A stretch of DNA of 64,000 nt from an uncultured Acidobacteriota bacterium (GTDB lineage: Bacteria; Acidobacteriota; Thermoanaerobaculia; UBA5066), in contig CAVZYA010000001.1 in NCBI GenBank assembly GCA_963779415.1, forward strand, positions 1,152,001-1,216,000, given 5' to 3'. A program made the translations under genes and the position numbers. The notes under the pieces are model-generated. The model searched no databases. It saw only the letters and a program-made list of their open reading frames with translations, and was not told the origin of the DNA. Shown here piece by piece: positions 30,701 through 41,161 of this stretch. How positions within the stretch are numbered: position 1 is the stretch's first letter; each line of letters opens with the position of its first letter.

Positions 30701-30882
30701 AGGCGATCGTGAAGATGGCGGGGAGTCTCTCGCTGAGGGTCATCGCCGAAGGGGTGGAGCGCGAGGACCAGGCCGCCTTCCTGCAGGATCTCGGCTGCCC
30801 GCTCGCGCAGGGCTTCCTCTTCCACCGCCCGCTTCCCCCCGCGGACGCGGAGGCTCTCGTCGCGGGAGCGGCTCAGGGGTAG
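27781..30882 (+). CDS. PAS/GAF/GAF/PAS-GGDEF-EAL c-di-GMP signalling protein
   Basis: [16 protein letters not shown], intact GGDEF, EALLRW, DDFGMG, KIDRSFV. Confidence 0.94.
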   Translation: MQMSENPATPEGVTGEETDLTTGEVRLRRMVDESPTITWTVDTALRFTSSLGAGLVSLGLKPGEVVGQTLFDFFGTRDPEFPAVAAARRALAGETVSFEITYAGRRFRTRVAPMKGPDGSIAGCLGTSLDVTETFGLSQILKRREAFEQLLLGITTALVRAPTAGLDGEIVRVLERVGTSLGAPEAVVWLLSEDGTRLLPRFAWERQGGRGSAPAPIHSRRLEWLLSRFESGGAVIMQGASGLPGGANGDGEIARGAPSVAVVPLRSEQTLLGFLALPASPAATTWPPDLVAALPLLGEILGHALERRRAAALQGALDRIAAAASGSADLGSLLATIHATVEDLIEARNFYVALWDAEARLLHFPYFADEFDPAPAPKPLGRGLTEHVIRTGEPLLASPEVFETLIASGDVELIGAPSLDWLGVPLKAGEETFGALVVQSYDRETRFGDRELRLLSAVGRHVEAALRRRSAEVALRRSVSLLESTLESTADGILVVDLEGKVTSWNRRFGELWRIPPGLLARREDAALLESVLGQLENAEAFLAKVRELYAQPEAESFDVLRFRDGRVLERLSVPQRLDGKAVGRVWSFRDVSERVRAEAQIEHQAYHDALTGLPNRLLLNDHLELALAQLERGGSPFAVLFLDIDRFKPVNDSLGHAVGDRLLKAAGERLRAATRAGDTVARVGGDEFVLLLAGLSKENVGAAAQKILEAFAEPYSVDTHPIYVTTSIGIAMAPGDGEDSQTLLKNADSALYRAKELGRNNCQFCTPELTTAVRERAQMESGLRKALHEEQFRLHYQPQVHLATRQIVGIEALLRWEQPGRGLVGAAEFIPVAEESRLIVPIGAWALQTSCRFAAKLERRSTRRIRIAVNLSARQFARGDLVTTVEDALTVSGLSPRLLELEITESVAMSDVEQTTSTLRRLRELGASIVLDDFGMGHSSLSYLKRFPFDALKIDRSFVREIPGSGPDAALVQAIVKMAGSLSLRVIAEGVEREDQAAFLQDLGCPLAQGFLFHRPLPPADAEALVAGAAQG

Positions 30883-33800
30883 TAGCCGCTGATCGTCCGG
30901 GCCACGAGGCTCGCGGGCTTCATCTTCACCTCGATCTTCCGCCACGCGTTGCCCGGAGTCCTGTTCTGGGGAAGGTAGGAGAGGAGGTACTGGCTCCGGA
31001 GCTCCTCGTTGATCTCGGCGTAGATGCGGGCGACTCCCATCGCGTCGCTCACGAAGTAGGCGGCCCCCCCCGTCTCGCGCCCCAGCTTCGAGAGCTTCGC
31101 GCGGACCGTGAGCTGCGTCCCCGGGATCTTCAGGCCGATGAAGTAGAGCGCGACGCCGGACTTCTTCGCGTAGTCGAGAGCCGCCTCGAACGGGAACTTC
31201 GACGAGCGGTCCTCGCCGTCGGTCAGGATCACGTAGGCCTTCCGGCCGCGGACGCCCTGGAACTGGAAGAGGCCGTAGACGATGGCGTCCCAGAGAGCGG
31301 TCGAGCCGTGCGCCCGCATCCCCGCCATCGCCTGCGCGAGGCGGTCCCGGTCGGTGGTGAAGCGGACGACGAGCTGCGGCTCGTTGTCGAAGTTCAGGAG
31401 GAAAGAGCGGTCCCGCGGCGTCATGACGTCCTTGAGGAACTCGTTCGCCGCCTTCTGCGCCTCGACGAGCGATTCCTCCATGGATCCCGACGTGTCGATC
31501 CCGATGCCGATCGAGAGCGGGAGGTTCGTGACGACCTCGAACCCGTCGAGCGTCTGGGGCACGCCGTCCTCGAGAATCGTGAACTGTTCCTTCGAGAGGC
31601 CGGTGACGGGCTTTCCCTTCGCGAGGACCGACGTGTAGAGCTCCACCGCCTGGACGCGCTCCTCCGTCAGGTACTTCGGGGCGTTGTAGTAGCGGAGGTC
31701 CTCCGTCTTCGTGCCGTCGGTCAGCGTCGCCACGACGCGGAGGAAACCGAGGTCCTTCGACTTCGGGACGTCCACGACCTTCGCCCACGGCGGCGCCCTG
31801 AGGACGGCCGCGCGCGTCTCGTTGACGAAGAACTCCACCTCCTGAAGCTCCTTCGTCTCGGGAACCGCGAGGTCGGCCACGAGGCGGACCGGCCCCGCCA
31901 GCTTCACCCCTTTCTCGGGGGCCGTGATCCGGATCCGGAACGCTTCGCGCCCCTCGTTCAGGATCATCTCGTCTTCCCCGAGGACCTTCCCTTCCTTCGA
32001 GAGGGCGACGACCTTCACGACGTGCCGGCGCGGAAGCTCGCCGAGGTCGAGGTCGACGGAGAACGGCGCCCTCCGCTTCGAGGAGATCTTCACGTTGTCG
32101 AGATAGAAGTCGGCGGCGGAGACGTCGGGGGACGAGGTGCGCGTCTCGAACCGGATGAGGCCCGTCGCGAACTCCCGCGCGATCGGGAGGAGAAGGATCG
32201 TCCCCTTCGGCTTCCCGGCCTCGGAGACGAGCCGCGCCACGGCGGCGCGTCCGGCGTCGCGCGCGGCCCTCTCCTCGGCCGAGAGCGACACGTCCGGAAC
32301 GTCGGGGATCCGGACCTTCTCGTCCACGAGGCCGGCGGCGTTCCGGTTCGCGTCCGCCACCTTCACCCTGATCCGGTAGTCGCCCGGGAAGATCTCCCGC
32401 TCGATCTTCAGGGGGACGAAGGGGCCGGTGACCGACGTCGTCGGAAAGTCGAACCGGTACCGGAAGTTGTCGACGAGGCGGTCCCCGTGGACGACCTCCC
32501 CGACCACGTCGAAGTCGAAGAAGGAGACCGGCCCCATGGCCTTCGTCGCGAGCCCCTCGCGCTCGAGAAGAAGCGTCAGCTCCATCCGCATCTTGCTGCC
32601 GACCATCTCGGGGAAGCGGAGCGTCCTCTGGAGCGGCAGCCGGACGGCATCGTCCGGAATGTCGGTCGTCATCTGAAGGATCGCGTCCGCGCCCTCCACG
32701 TCGCCCGGCTTGGGGCCCTCGCGAAGGACGCCGGTCATCTTCAGGCCGCCGGTCGTCCCCCACTGCGCCTCGATCGTCGCGAGCACCCGGGTGACGTCGC
32801 CCGCATCCGGGCAGCCCGTCAGGTCGACCCGCCGGGAAGGGCCCGCGCCCCCCGGCATCGACCCGGCGATCACCGACGCCCGCCCGTCCGCCGGCGTCCA
32901 GAGACGGTAGTCCCCGGCCCCGAACGACTGGTAGAAGAGGAGGAGCGCTTTCGACATCTTCAGCGACTCGATCCGCTCGTAGTACCAGATCTGGATCGGC
33001 CAATAGACGTCCTGGCAGTCGATCTTCCGAACGGAGTCCGGCGGCCCGTGGAGGATGTAGATCCGGGCCTGGTCGCTCTGGAGATGGCGGAAGAGCTCGC
33101 GCGCCCGCTCGACCCGGAGCTCGTAGACCTCGCGGAAGTTGACCCGGAGCCCGTCGGAATCGATGGAGCGCCGCTTCCAGAACTCGTCGATGAAGCGGTC
33201 CCGCTGGTAGTCCGAGTTGAGGCGCAGCATCGTGTCGCGCTCGAGGTCGGTGATGATCGGCTCGACGTCGTCGAGGAACTTCCGGTACCGGTCCGGAAGC
33301 TCCGACTCGAGCTTCTTCCGCTCCTTTCCCGTGAGCGGCCTGTTCGAGACGAGGACCGGCACGGGCGCGGAGGGCTTCGGCGAGGCCTTGACGAGCGCGT
33401 CGCGTGCCACGGCGATCCCTGCCCGCTCGGCCAGGCCGCCGCTCCGGTCCTTCTGACGGGACGTGACGGATTCCACGGCCGCCTTCAGGACGGCGGCTTC
33501 GGCGCAGAGGCTCTTGTCCGGCTCGAACGTCGAGAAGTCGAGACGGACGTTCGGCGCGAGGAGAAGCTCTTCGCCGTCGACGAGGGTCCAGTACCGGTAG
33601 ACGCCGGTCCCGGGCTCGGGAAAGAAGATGCCGCGGGCGTTCCGGCCGAGCTTCGGATGCTCCAGATAGGTCCAGACCTCGACTTCCCGGAAGAGCGCCG
33701 GACAGTGGACGATCGTTCGCGCGTCCGGAGGGCCGGAGAGGACGTAGACGACGGCCCGGTCGTCGTCCGGGCGTCCGAAGAGCGTCACGGCCTCGGACTG

Positions 33801-33974
33801 GCGCTGGAGTTGCTCGGGGGACGGCGTCGGAGAGGGGGTGGCCGCGGCTCCCGGAGTCGGAGAGGGGGGTGGGGCCGCCCCGGCGGGGACGGCGGCGAGG
33901 AACAGGGGGATCCAGAGGAGCGTCGCGCTCCTTCGCGTCGCCCGGAACGGGTCGCCGCCTCTCACGGCTGCCAT
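30873..33974 (-). CDS. Secreted GWxTD-domain + Ig-like + VWA domain protein
   Basis: Signal peptide; two GWxTD-like modules ([37 protein letters not shown]); VWA with [33 protein letters not shown]. Confidence 0.85.
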   Translation of the reverse strand: MAAVRGGDPFRATRRSATLLWIPLFLAAVPAGAAPPPSPTPGAAATPSPTPSPEQLQRQSEAVTLFGRPDDDRAVVYVLSGPPDARTIVHCPALFREVEVWTYLEHPKLGRNARGIFFPEPGTGVYRYWTLVDGEELLLAPNVRLDFSTFEPDKSLCAEAAVLKAAVESVTSRQKDRSGGLAERAGIAVARDALVKASPKPSAPVPVLVSNRPLTGKERKKLESELPDRYRKFLDDVEPIITDLERDTMLRLNSDYQRDRFIDEFWKRRSIDSDGLRVNFREVYELRVERARELFRHLQSDQARIYILHGPPDSVRKIDCQDVYWPIQIWYYERIESLKMSKALLLFYQSFGAGDYRLWTPADGRASVIAGSMPGGAGPSRRVDLTGCPDAGDVTRVLATIEAQWGTTGGLKMTGVLREGPKPGDVEGADAILQMTTDIPDDAVRLPLQRTLRFPEMVGSKMRMELTLLLEREGLATKAMGPVSFFDFDVVGEVVHGDRLVDNFRYRFDFPTTSVTGPFVPLKIEREIFPGDYRIRVKVADANRNAAGLVDEKVRIPDVPDVSLSAEERAARDAGRAAVARLVSEAGKPKGTILLLPIAREFATGLIRFETRTSSPDVSAADFYLDNVKISSKRRAPFSVDLDLGELPRRHVVKVVALSKEGKVLGEDEMILNEGREAFRIRITAPEKGVKLAGPVRLVADLAVPETKELQEVEFFVNETRAAVLRAPPWAKVVDVPKSKDLGFLRVVATLTDGTKTEDLRYYNAPKYLTEERVQAVELYTSVLAKGKPVTGLSKEQFTILEDGVPQTLDGFEVVTNLPLSIGIGIDTSGSMEESLVEAQKAANEFLKDVMTPRDRSFLLNFDNEPQLVVRFTTDRDRLAQAMAGMRAHGSTALWDAIVYGLFQFQGVRGRKAYVILTDGEDRSSKFPFEAALDYAKKSGVALYFIGLKIPGTQLTVRAKLSKLGRETGGAAYFVSDAMGVARIYAEINEELRSQYLLSYLPQNRTPGNAWRKIEVKMKPASLVARTISGYYP

Positions 33975-34072
33975 TCTCTCCGATGAAAGTACGCGCCGGA
34001 TTCCCCTGCGGGTTCCTCCCTTCTCGAACGGAGCGCCGGCACCCCTAGAATCCGTGGTGAGAACGGATCGCC

Positions 34073-35260
34073 ATGACTCCTCGGGATCTTCTCTACGCGG
34101 ATCACCACGCCACGACGCCCGTCGCCGCGGAGGTCGTCGAGGCCATGGCGCCGTGGACGGCGTTTTCCGGAAACCCTTCCTCGGTCCATGCCGCGGGGCG
34201 GGCCGCCCGAAACGCGGTGGAGGAAGCGCGGGGGGAAGTCGCCCGCGCCATCGGCGCGGAACCCGGAGAAATCGTCTTCACCTCCGGCGGAACGGAAGCC
34301 GACAACCTCGCGGTACGGGGGGCGGCCCTCGCCGCCTTCCAATCCGATCCCGCGCGCCGTGCCGTCCTCTTCACGGCGGCGGAGCATCCGGCCGTCCGGG
34401 AGGCGGCCCGGTCGCTCGGACGATCCGGCCTTGCGCCGGTGGAGATCGCCTGCGACGGCGACGGACTCCCGTTCGCCGCCCTGATGGAGGAGAGTCTCGG
34501 ACCCGCGACGGCTCTTCTCTCGGCGATCCTCGCGAACAACGAGACCGGCGTCGTGAACGGAGGCCTTCCCGACCTCGCGCGCCGGGCCCGCGCCGCCGGC
34601 GTGATCGTCCACACCGACGCCGTCCAGGCCGTCGGGAAGATCCCGGTCGATGTCGCGTTTCTGGGCGTCGACCTTCTCACCCTGACGGCTCACAAGTTCG
34701 GGGGGCCGAAAGGGGCCGGTGCCCTCTGGGTTCGAAAGGGCGTCCGCCTCTCGCCGCTCGCCGCGGGGGGGGGTCAGGAAAAAGGGCGGCGGGCCGGGAC
34801 CGAGAACGTGGCCGCCCTCGTCGGCCTCGGAGCGGCCCTCCGGCTCGCCGTCTCGCGCCTCGAAGCCGAGGCCGCACGTCTCTCGGCTCTTCGCGACCGG
34901 TTCGAGCGGGGCCTCCTTGCCTCGATCCCCGGACTCCGGGTGAACGGCGCGGCCCCCGCGCGTCCCGGAACGCGTCGCCTTCCGACGGCCACGTCGGCGG
35001 TCTTCCCCGGCATTCTCGGCGAGGTCCTCCTCGCGGCGCTCGACCTCGAGGGGATCGCCGCTTCGGGGGGGTCTGCGTGCGCCAGCGGGACGACGAAGCC
35101 GAGCGCCGTCCTTCTGGCGATGGGTCTCACGCCGGCCGACGCGCGAGCCACCCTCCGCTTCTCCTTCGGAGCCACGACGACGGCCGCAGAGATCGACCGT
35201 CTCCTCGAGGCCGTCCCGCGCCTTTTCGCGCGCGCCGCGGCAGCGAAAGGCGCTTGCTGA
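34073..35260 (+). CDS. Cysteine desulfurase family protein (IscS/NifS-like)
   Basis: YADHHATTP, FTSGGTEADN, NNETG, HTDAVQ, AHKFGGPKG, GSACASG. Confidence 0.93.
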   Translation: MTPRDLLYADHHATTPVAAEVVEAMAPWTAFSGNPSSVHAAGRAARNAVEEARGEVARAIGAEPGEIVFTSGGTEADNLAVRGAALAAFQSDPARRAVLFTAAEHPAVREAARSLGRSGLAPVEIACDGDGLPFAALMEESLGPATALLSAILANNETGVVNGGLPDLARRARAAGVIVHTDAVQAVGKIPVDVAFLGVDLLTLTAHKFGGPKGAGALWVRKGVRLSPLAAGGGQEKGRRAGTENVAALVGLGAALRLAVSRLEAEAARLSALRDRFERGLLASIPGLRVNGAAPARPGTRRLPTATSAVFPGILGEVLLAALDLEGIAASGGSACASGTTKPSAVLLAMGLTPADARATLRFSFGATTTAAEIDRLLEAVPRLFARAAAAKGAC

Positions 35261-35323
35261 ACGGCGGCGGGAGCGTTCTAATTCCATCGACTTTCCCGGA
35301 ACGGCCCCCGAAGAGAGACCGCC

Positions 35324-36082
35324 TTGATCATTCAGTGTCCCTCCTGTCTCGCCCGCTACAACTACGACGACACGCGCTTCGCGGGCGTGGCGAAGAAGAA
35401 GATCCGGTGCACGCGCTGCACCGCGGTCTTCGAGATCCAGAATCCGGCGGCGGGCGCCTCGCTGAGCTCCACGGCGCCGAAGCCCGCCCCGCCCCCGCCG
35501 CCTCTTGCCGGAGCGGGACCCGGGGGCCTTCCCGGCCCGGACGACTTCGCCCTCGACGAAACCGCGCTCACCGAGGCGAGCAAGCGCCGCCGCGCGATTC
35601 CGGGAGCGCCCGCGCGCGCCGTCGCCTTTCCCGCAATCCCGCCTCCGGACGCCCCTCCTCAGGACGCCACGGCGCCGCCCCCCGGATTCGGAAAGGCCTC
35701 GACGACCGACAGGGCCACGGTCATGCCGGCCCCTGCCGCCGGGGTCGAAAGGCGCCTGCGCCTCCCCGCGGGCTATCGCTATTCCCTCGCGTGCATCTCC
35801 GGGCCGGAGGCTGGAAAGATCTTCGAGGTCGGAAAGCCCCGGGTCGTCATCGGCCGCGGGCAGGCGGACATCGTTCTCGGAGACATCCAGTGCTCGCGGC
35901 AGCACGCCGCCATCGAGGTGCTCGACGAAAAGGTCTACGTCGTCGATCTGAACTCGACGAACGGAACGTGGATCGGGGACCGGCGCGTCACGCGCGTGGA
36001 ACTCGAGAACCGCGCCGAGTTCGAGATCGGGACGACGACCCTGATGCTCATCCGCAGCGCGACCGACGCGCCGTCGGGCTGA
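35324..36082 (+). CDS. MJ0042-type zinc ribbon + FHA domain protein
   Basis: CPSC..CTRC zinc ribbon, Pro-rich linker, FHA motifs IGR, SRQH, NSTNGT. Confidence 0.85.
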   Translation: MIIQCPSCLARYNYDDTRFAGVAKKKIRCTRCTAVFEIQNPAAGASLSSTAPKPAPPPPPLAGAGPGGLPGPDDFALDETALTEASKRRRAIPGAPARAVAFPAIPPPDAPPQDATAPPPGFGKASTTDRATVMPAPAAGVERRLRLPAGYRYSLACISGPEAGKIFEVGKPRVVIGRGQADIVLGDIQCSRQHAAIEVLDEKVYVVDLNSTNGTWIGDRRVTRVELENRAEFEIGTTTLMLIRSATDAPSG

Positions 36083-36115
36083 GCGCAAACGCGGGACCGG
36101 ATAGAATTCCCCGCG

Positions 36116-36340
36116 ATGACGCGCACGCACGTGACCTCCGCCGCCCTGAAGCTCCCCCACCGAGATCGAGCCGAGCTGGCGGCGCTTCTGCTGCACAGTC
36201 TCGAGCAGCTTCCCGAAGGCGAATGGGAGGCCGTCTGGGCTGCGGAGTCCGAGAAGCGACTTACCGAGGTCCGTGCCGGACGAATGAAGGAGAGTCCTGC
36301 GAAGGACGTCTTCGCGCGTGTCCGAAAAGCGCGCCGTTAG
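36116..36340 (+). CDS. Addiction module antitoxin (TIGR02574-like)
   Basis: ALKLPHRDRAELAALLLHSL..W..ESEKR pattern; overlaps the downstream toxin. Confidence 0.8.
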   Translation: MTRTHVTSAALKLPHRDRAELAALLLHSLEQLPEGEWEAVWAAESEKRLTEVRAGRMKESPAKDVFARVRKARR

Positions 36341-36632
36341 GGTCACTTTCGTCGCCGCTGCCGAGGCGGAGTTTCGCGACATCGCTCTCCGTTACGGGCA
36401 GGAATCGGCGAGCCTCGCCGACGAGTTCGAGTCCGAGGTGCGCCGCGGCGTCGAGTTCATCGCCGCGAATCCCGAAGCCGCCCCCCGAGTCCGGGGTGAC
36501 GTCCGGCGCAAGGTCCTTCGTCGATTCCCGTTCAGCCTCTTCTACGCTGTCGACCCTGACCGCATCCGCATTCTTGCCGTCGCCCATCACCGTCGCCAGC
36601 CCGGGTACTGGGCGAGCGGGCTTCGCGGCTGA
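36318..36632 (+). CDS. RelE/ParE family toxin
   Basis: AEAEF..RRKVLRRFPFSLFY..ILAVAHHRRQPGYW. Confidence 0.88.
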   Translation: MSEKRAVRVTFVAAAEAEFRDIALRYGQESASLADEFESEVRRGVEFIAANPEAAPRVRGDVRRKVLRRFPFSLFYAVDPDRIRILAVAHHRRQPGYWASGLRG

Positions 36633-37182
36633 TTGGCCATTCGCATGTTTGGGTTCCACGCCTCACGCGGATCAAGGCGGTGACCATCCCGGACGCCCCG
36701 ACAATTCTGTGAGGGCTTGATAGCCTTTGCTCATGGGAGATCTGCCCTGAGGAGGTCGGCTACGCGTTCGCGGATTCCGCGCCGAAGGTCTTCCCGATCC
36801 AGGACTGGATGCTGAACGGCTGGACACTGCAGTTTTCAGTCGGTCCAAACCACGGGGAAGCCGGAACCGTTGCAAGCGCCCACGGAAATGCGGGTCAAAC
36901 AGCACTGTCGCTAGCTCTGGAGGGACCAGATTGGAGGCGCAGAACGGAGTTTCGGCGCGAAGATAGTCTCGAGAAGCGCTGGAAGGGTCTGCGCCGAGCG
37001 ATGGCCGCAGAGACGCAGTAGATGCTCGCGCCGCTCCGCGAACGCCAAGCCGGAGCGAGTGAAAGCGGCGCGAAGTACAGACCCCCCGCCGCCGCGAGTC
37101 TATGGCAGGGGCGACCAAGGCTCGCGTTGACCGGTTCAGTAGCCTTCTGAATCCCTCAATAATCTCGTAGGAAGAACCCGGG

Positions 37183-38487
37183 TCATCCCAGCGCCGCCAG
37201 CACCGCGTCGAGCGTCGGCGGGAGGCGGCGGGGCGGGTTCGCGAGGCGGGCGCCGCTCCGGTGGTACGCGGCGGCGGTCGAAGCGAACTTGAGGGCGTGG
37301 GCCGTGGCGACGACGACGACGAGGTCCTCCTTCCGGATCACCCCCTCCCGCCGCAGCTTCGCGGCCCCCGCGAGGGCGACGGCGCTGTTCGGGCAGATGG
37401 CGAGGCCGTGCCGGTTCGCGAGCGCCGCCGCGTCGAGGAGCTCCTCCTCGGAGACCCGCCCGACGACGCCGCCCGAGGAGTGGATCTCGCGCTCGGCCTT
37501 CGGGTGCGAGACCGGCGCCCCGATCCGGATCGCCGAGGCCGCCGTCTCCCCGGCGACGCGCGTCACTCGCTCCCGGAATCCCGTCTCGAACGAGCGGTAG
37601 AACGGGTCGGCCGCCTCGGCCTGGATCCCCGCGAGGCGCGGCGCCTTGCCGATGACGCCGAGATCGAGCCACTCCCGGAGCCCCTTCCCGATGGCCGAGA
37701 CGTTCCCCGCGTTCCCGACCGGGACGACGAACCAGTCGGGCACATCCCAGCCGAGATCCTGAACCGCCTCGAAGCCGATCGTCTTCTGCCCCTCGATCCG
37801 GACGGAGTTCTTCGAGTTGAGGAGGTAGATGGGGCGCTCACGCGTCAGCTCCGTGACGATCCGCATGCAGCCGTCGAAGTCCGTGTCGAGCGCGAGCGTC
37901 GTCGCGCCGTAGTGGAGCGCCTGCGAGAGCTGCTCGTCGGTGATCTTCGCGTTCGGGAGGAGGACGATCGCCCGCATCCCGGGCACCTCGGCCGCGTACG
38001 CGGCGAGGGCGGCGGAGGTGTCCCCCGTCGACGCGCAGGCGACGTCGCGGATGCCGAGGTGCCGCGCCCAGGAGACCCCGACCGTCATCCCGCGGTCCTT
38101 GAAGGAGAGCGTCGGGTTCTCCCCTTCGTGCTTCACGAAGAGGCGCGAAAGGCCCAGCTCCTCGCCGAGCGCGCGCCCCGGGTAGAGCCGCGTCGCCCCT
38201 TCCGGCTTCGAGACGATCTCCGGCTCGGGGAGATCGGGGAGCACGTGCTCCCGGAAGCGCCAGACGCCGCTCCGCTGGTACGCGGGCGTTGCCTCGGACG
38301 GAAGGGCGGCGCGGCGACGGTCGAACAGGTCGCGCCACTCCGCCCCGCTCCGTCCCCAGACGCGGAGATCGGCGTGCACCTCGAGGAGCCCGCCGCAGGA
38401 GGCGCAGTCCGAGGCGGTCTGGGAGAGCGGAGCCGAGGCGCCGCACCCGAGGCACCGGAACGAGGCGGGCACCGAGGACGAGGTCAC
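37183..38487 (-). CDS. thrC: Threonine synthase
   Basis: SGVWRF, KHEGENPTLSFKDRG, CASTGDTSAA, PVGNAGN, TAHALKF. Confidence 0.94.
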   Translation of the reverse strand: MTSSSVPASFRCLGCGASAPLSQTASDCASCGGLLEVHADLRVWGRSGAEWRDLFDRRRAALPSEATPAYQRSGVWRFREHVLPDLPEPEIVSKPEGATRLYPGRALGEELGLSRLFVKHEGENPTLSFKDRGMTVGVSWARHLGIRDVACASTGDTSAALAAYAAEVPGMRAIVLLPNAKITDEQLSQALHYGATTLALDTDFDGCMRIVTELTRERPIYLLNSKNSVRIEGQKTIGFEAVQDLGWDVPDWFVVPVGNAGNVSAIGKGLREWLDLGVIGKAPRLAGIQAEAADPFYRSFETGFRERVTRVAGETAASAIRIGAPVSHPKAEREIHSSGGVVGRVSEEELLDAAALANRHGLAICPNSAVALAGAAKLRREGVIRKEDLVVVVATAHALKFASTAAAYHRSGARLANPPRRLPPTLDAVLAALG

Positions 38488-40196
38488 CCGAGAAGTTTAC
38501 GAAAGAAGTCGGGGCCGACGGGACGGGAGACGAGGAAGCCCTGGATCTCGTCACAGCGCTGGCGGACGAGGAACTCGCGCTGCCCCTCCGTCTCGACCCC
38601 TTCGGCGATGACGCGGAGGTTCAGGCCGTGCGCCATCGCGATGGCCGTCGCGCCGAGCGACGCGTCCTTCGGGTCGAACTCCACGCCGCGGACGAAGCTC
38701 TGGTCGATCTTGAGGACGTCGATCGGGAATCGCTTGAGATAGGCGAGCGACGAGTAGCCCGTGCCGAAATCGTCGAGCGCGAGCTGGACGCCGAGCCCCT
38801 TCAGCTCGGCGAGCTTCGCGAGGCTCCCGGCGGCGCGCTCCATCGCGACGCTCTCGGTGATCTCCAGAAGGAGCGATCGTGCGGGGAGGCCGGTCTCCCG
38901 GAGGATCCTCCGGATCGTGTCGACGAGGCTCGCGTGCTGGAACTGGCGGGCCGAGAGGTTCACGGCGATGCGCAGGGCGGTGAAGCCTTCGTCATGCCAC
39001 GCCTTCACCTGGGTGCAGGCGGTCCGGAGGACCCACTCGCCGATCGAGACGATGAGCCCCGTCTCCTCGAGGATCGAGATGAAGTCCGACGGCGGGACGA
39101 CCACCTTCTCGCCGCGGCGCCAGCGGAGAAGCGCCTCGACTCCGACGATCCGGCCCGTCAGGAGGTCGACCTGGGGCTGGTAGGCGAGGAGGAACTCCGT
39201 CCGCTCGAGAGCGCGCCGGAGGGCCGTCTCCAGCTTCATCCGCTCGCGCGCCCGGGCGTTCATGTCGGGGCGATAGAGCATGAACGCGTCGCGTCCCTCG
39301 CGCTTGACGCGGTTCATCGCCGTGTCGGCGGACGAAAGGAGCGTCTGGACGTCGTCGCCGTCGTCGGGAAAGAGGCTGATCCCGATGGAGGCCGTGACGA
39401 AGAGCTCGCGCCCGTCCACGTGGTAGGGGCGACGGATCGCCTCGAGGATCCGCTCGCCGATGGCGGGGATCGAGGAGGGAGAGCCGATGCGCGGCATCAG
39501 GACGAGGAACTGGTCGCCCCCGAGGCGCGCCACCGTGTCCCCTTCCTGCACCGAGTGGCGGAGGCGCGCCCCCGTCTGCTGCAGGAGGGCGTCGCCGGCC
39601 TTGTGCCCCATCGAGTCGTTGATCAGCTTGAAGCGGTCGAGGTCGACCACGAGGACCATCAGCGGCTCGCGCGAATAGCGCGCCTTCGAGAGCGCCACCT
39701 CGATCCGGTCCGCGAAGAGAAGCCGGTTCGGAAGCCCCGTCAGGGAGTCGTGGTAGGCGAGGTGCTCGATCTCCTCCTCGGCCCTTCGCCCCTCCGTCAC
39801 GTCGAGAAAGCTGCAGACGACCTGCGACAGCTCGCCGACCTCGTTGAGCTCCGGCTCCACGTTCAGGAGGAGCCACGTCGGCTCCCGCGCCCCCGGGACG
39901 CCGATGATCACGTTCCGGACGGGGACCTTCTCGACGAGCGCCCGGATGAGCGGAGACTCCCCGGGCCCGTACGGCGTGCCGTCCTCGCGAAGGGGGCTCC
40001 AGGAGTCCCGGAAGACGTCGATCCCGACGAGCTCCTGCTCCGGGCGCCGGAGGAGATCGGTGGCGGTCCGGTTCGCGAGCCTGATCTTCCCTTCCGGCGA
40101 GATGAGAAGGATGCCGGCCGGAAGGTCGCGGAGGACCTTCCGGAGGGTCTCGAAGGCGAACGACGGCAAGGCCTCCGACGACTTCCGCTCGGGCAT
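38484..40196 (-). CDS. PAS-GGDEF(degenerate GGDQF)-EAL protein
   Basis: YHDSLTGLPNR, DLDRFK, GGDQF, VEALLRW, DDFGTGYSSL. Confidence 0.92.
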   Translation of the reverse strand: MPERKSSEALPSFAFETLRKVLRDLPAGILLISPEGKIRLANRTATDLLRRPEQELVGIDVFRDSWSPLREDGTPYGPGESPLIRALVEKVPVRNVIIGVPGAREPTWLLLNVEPELNEVGELSQVVCSFLDVTEGRRAEEEIEHLAYHDSLTGLPNRLLFADRIEVALSKARYSREPLMVLVVDLDRFKLINDSMGHKAGDALLQQTGARLRHSVQEGDTVARLGGDQFLVLMPRIGSPSSIPAIGERILEAIRRPYHVDGRELFVTASIGISLFPDDGDDVQTLLSSADTAMNRVKREGRDAFMLYRPDMNARARERMKLETALRRALERTEFLLAYQPQVDLLTGRIVGVEALLRWRRGEKVVVPPSDFISILEETGLIVSIGEWVLRTACTQVKAWHDEGFTALRIAVNLSARQFQHASLVDTIRRILRETGLPARSLLLEITESVAMERAAGSLAKLAELKGLGVQLALDDFGTGYSSLAYLKRFPIDVLKIDQSFVRGVEFDPKDASLGATAIAMAHGLNLRVIAEGVETEGQREFLVRQRCDEIQGFLVSRPVGPDFFRKLLG

Positions 40197-40213
40197 ACCC
40201 TCCTATCTTCGCA

Positions 40214-41161
40214 TCAGCGCCGGACGCGGCGCGCGCCGACCGGATCGACCCGGTGGATCCGCGCCTCCGCCTCCACGCCGGCCGCGCCGAAGGCCGCGAC
40301 CGCGGCGCGGGCGATCTTCGCCGCGGCGGCCGCCGAGCCGGCCAGCGCCACGAGCGACGGCCCCGCCCCGGCAAGGACGACACCGGGCGCACCGGCCTCT
40401 TCCATCGCCCGCCGGACGGCGGCGTAGCCGCGGACGAGAGGCGAGCGGGCCGGATCCACGATCCGGTCCGACGAGGCGAATCGCCCCGCCGCGGCGATGT
40501 CTCCCGAATGGAGCGCCGCGACGAGGCCGGCGAACGCCGCGCCGTGGCGGACGTGCTCGGCGAGCGTCACGCGCCGTGGAAGGGCGCGGCGCGCCCGCCG
40601 CGTCGCGAGCTCGAGAGCCGGATGAACGAGGACGAGTCGAAGCCGGGGCGGCACCGGGAGGGAGATCGCTTCGAGGGGGCCGTCCGGATCCGACGAAGGG
40701 ACCAGGAGGATCCCTCCGAGGAGCGACGGAAAGGCGTTGTCGCCGTGCCACCCTCCGTCGGCCGCGTGCTCGGCGAGAAGGACGGCGCGGAGGAGCTTCC
40801 TCTTGTCGGGGGCGCCGAGAAGGAGAGCTGCCGCATACGCCCCCGCCGCGGCGGACGCGGCCGAGGAACCGAGCCCGCTGGAGAGCGGGAGCCCTTTCTC
40901 GAGATCGAGGTCGATTCCCGCCCGCTTCTCCCCGCCGAACTCAACGAGAACGGCGCGCGCGGCGACCGCTGCCGTGTTGCGCTCGGCGTCCCGCGGAAGG
41001 CGTCCTCCGTCGCCGCTCACCGCGACGACCCGGACCCCGGGCTCTCTCGAGAGTCGGGCCGTGACGACGTCCCCCGGCCCGTCGAGCGCGACGCCGAGCG
41101 CGTCGAAGCCGACCCCGAGGTTCGCCACGGACGCCGGCGCAAAGACGGAGACGGTCTTCAA
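40214..41161 (-). CDS. thrB: Homoserine kinase
   Basis: APASVANLGVGFD, LPLSSGLGSSAAS (GHMP kinase), HGDN, GAGPS; TTG start overlaps the upstream stop. Confidence 0.92.
   Translation of the reverse strand: MKTVSVFAPASVANLGVGFDALGVALDGPGDVVTARLSREPGVRVVAVSGDGGRLPRDAERNTAAVAARAVLVEFGGEKRAGIDLDLEKGLPLSSGLGSSAASAAAGAYAAALLLGAPDKRKLLRAVLLAEHAADGGWHGDNAFPSLLGGILLVPSSDPDGPLEAISLPVPPRLRLVLVHPALELATRRARRALPRRVTLAEHVRHGAAFAGLVAALHSGDIAAAGRFASSDRIVDPARSPLVRGYAAVRRAMEEAGAPGVVLAGAGPSLVALAGSAAAAAKIARAAVAAFGAAGVEAEARIHRVDPVGARRVRR

Noticed and set aside
28389-33986. Very long alternative ORFs (e.g. 28389..33986, 44405..48394, most of 45127..50142, 29557..33003)
   Set aside because: Arg/Pro/Gly-rich shadow frames expected at this GC content, overlapping well-supported genes.
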